In this document: positions 62,387-64,000 of the stretch, in pieces | How positions within the stretch are numbered: the stretch's first letter is position 1 | How the letters are laid out: each line of letters opens with the position of its first letter | From: Torpedo marmorata | Lineage: Eukaryota | Length of the DNA stretch: 64,000 nucleotides | Reading direction: 5' to 3' | NCBI GenBank assembly: GCA_977017645.1 | Contig: OZ360227.1 | Location: 95,046,001 to 95,110,000 of the forward strand | Position numbers and translations under genes: made by a program | Notes under the pieces: generated by a model | The model's database searches: none | Seen by the model: only the letters and a program-made list of their open reading frames with translations | What the model was told of the DNA's origin: nothing

Positions 62387-64000
62387 GTGCACTTTATATT
62401 TTTTAAAAAATCCAAGTATTGTTGGCAATCTCCTAGTTGGTACAGGACTCATCCTGCCCCCAATCTATTTTATTGAAAAACAGTTGATGGTTCACGTGTG
62501 TCTGATACCTTGCAGGAAACACCATGCTTCATCACATTGCCAGTGACTTTGAATTGCTGTTGCTGCTCAAAAGGCTACAAAAGTGGCATTAACTGTAATG
62601 AATACAAATAGACCTCAGCAATCGTAGTGAAGAAGTGGTTCTGATTAAATATGACATATCTCCTATTCTAAATCATATTTTTCAAATTATTGAGTGTTAA
62701 TTCTAAAGTTGTACTGATGCTGTATATTGAAAGCCCCACAAGCATGAATTTCTTTTGGCTATTTTTTCCAATGAATTTGCTCTACTATCAATTGTAGATT
62801 GCCATTTAATGCAATAAAATATTCATCCTGATTTATGGTGACTTTTTTTTTTACATTATGCAAATAAATTTAGATGGAATTTTGAGCAAGCAAATGCTTT
62901 TTAAAAGGTGGAAAAATCTTAAATAAAACTAGCTCCTTCATTATCATAGAATTTGTAGTGCAAACATAGGACTCCTTCCTGAAGCTATGCCTTAAATCTT
63001 GACTGATAAGTGGGAGTTAGATATAATAAAACCAGTCCTCTGGTCTCTAGCTAGAGAAGCCCACCAGCCCATATGGCTTTTTCAAATTGAAAACTCTTTC
63101 CCAAAGTCTCTCAACTTCCTGTGCATCAGTGGTCCAGGAGCTCTCTCCTTTGCCAGTGAGGTCAGTGTGCCAGCAGTATGTCTTGACATTTGTGTCAGCA
63201 GATGGTCCTGCTATCAGAAAATGGGGCAGTGCCAATGTGAATCAGCCATCTTCTCTGAATAGTGGTAGGGACATGTGCAGTTTGTGAAGCCATACATAAG
63301 TAAACACAGGCACTGAGGCAGATTGGTACACTTTATACAGTATCTGATTGGAAACTTAGTTTTTGGCTATGGATGTACATTAATACGAGGGAATGAACAT
63401 CATTTTTGAAACTCAAAAAGGCTGCAGATGCTGGAAATCTGAACCAAAACAGAAGTTGTCAGAAACATCAAGTTGGCTAAGCAGCATCTGTGGAGAAAGC
63501 ATTGCATTTCAGGTCAAAAACCCTTTGTATTATTACAAGCTCCTGTTTCACTTTGGGGGTTGGTGCAAGCTGCAAACATTCACAGTTTTCACAACATTCA
63601 CAGACGGAGTGGCACCATTAAGTATTGACTATAAACAAAGTGATGCTGTGGAAGAAGAACCAAGAACAATGGTTGTTTATTCAGGAAAAACAGATGGTGA
63701 CAGAGAGACATGTGATTGGGACACTTAAAGAATTCAGTATTGATCAGCCAGCCATCTGAAAACACAGAGGTGGAGTGACTGTGTAAAATGGACATTTTGG
63801 ATGATTCTCACTGTCAGGGTAATTATTGAACCACTGTGACCATTGTAATGGTCATTTTGATTGACCCATATCTGGGTAAAGGACACAGGAGAATTCCTGC
63901 ATTGGATCGTGACCATTGTGATGGTCATTTCGACTGATCCGTGCCTGGGTTTTGGAAGCATCGTGGAAGTCACACATTTCATTTCCCCTACGCAAGGAAA

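Noticed and set aside
63393-63728. 111-aa ORF
   Set aside because: It begins in a short repeat tail (CTGCAGATGCTGGAAATCTG...CAGCATCTGTGGAGA) and has no recognisable homology or exon structure.

Overview
Vertebrate genomic DNA, almost certainly an elasmobranch (shark/ray), judging by the HE1/V-type SINE and the CR1, Penelope, Tx1 and Rex repertoire. Bases 1-12194 are a GC/CpG-rich 30-bp satellite (about 400 copies, with a near-perfect 3940-bp higher-order duplication). It ends about 130 bp before a TATA box and about 200 bp before coding exon 1 of CERKL (12391-12670, + strand). Every long repetitive ORF in 1-12.2 kb is a satellite artefact. The remaining ~51 kb looks like CERKL intron 1 (I found no exon 2) and is densely filled with nested transposons whose junctions can often be read to the base. 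The most notable structures are: (i) a Gmr1-type (PR-INT-RT-RH) LTR element inserted with no TSD into a Chapaev3-like transposase, with a fold-back U5 left end and an exact 18-nt tRNA-Pro PBS after its 3' LTR, which looks like a fossil reverse-transcription intermediate; (ii) two Tx1 elements both sitting at essentially the same site in a Penelope terminal repeat, a candidate new target-specific family; (iii) a 5S rRNA head joined to a retroposon tail (SINE3-like); (iv) two 5'-inverted (twin-primed) L1s; (v) the Sp/KLF-box, G4-prone satellite abutting the CERKL promoter. Family names come from motif recognition only; no database searches were run.
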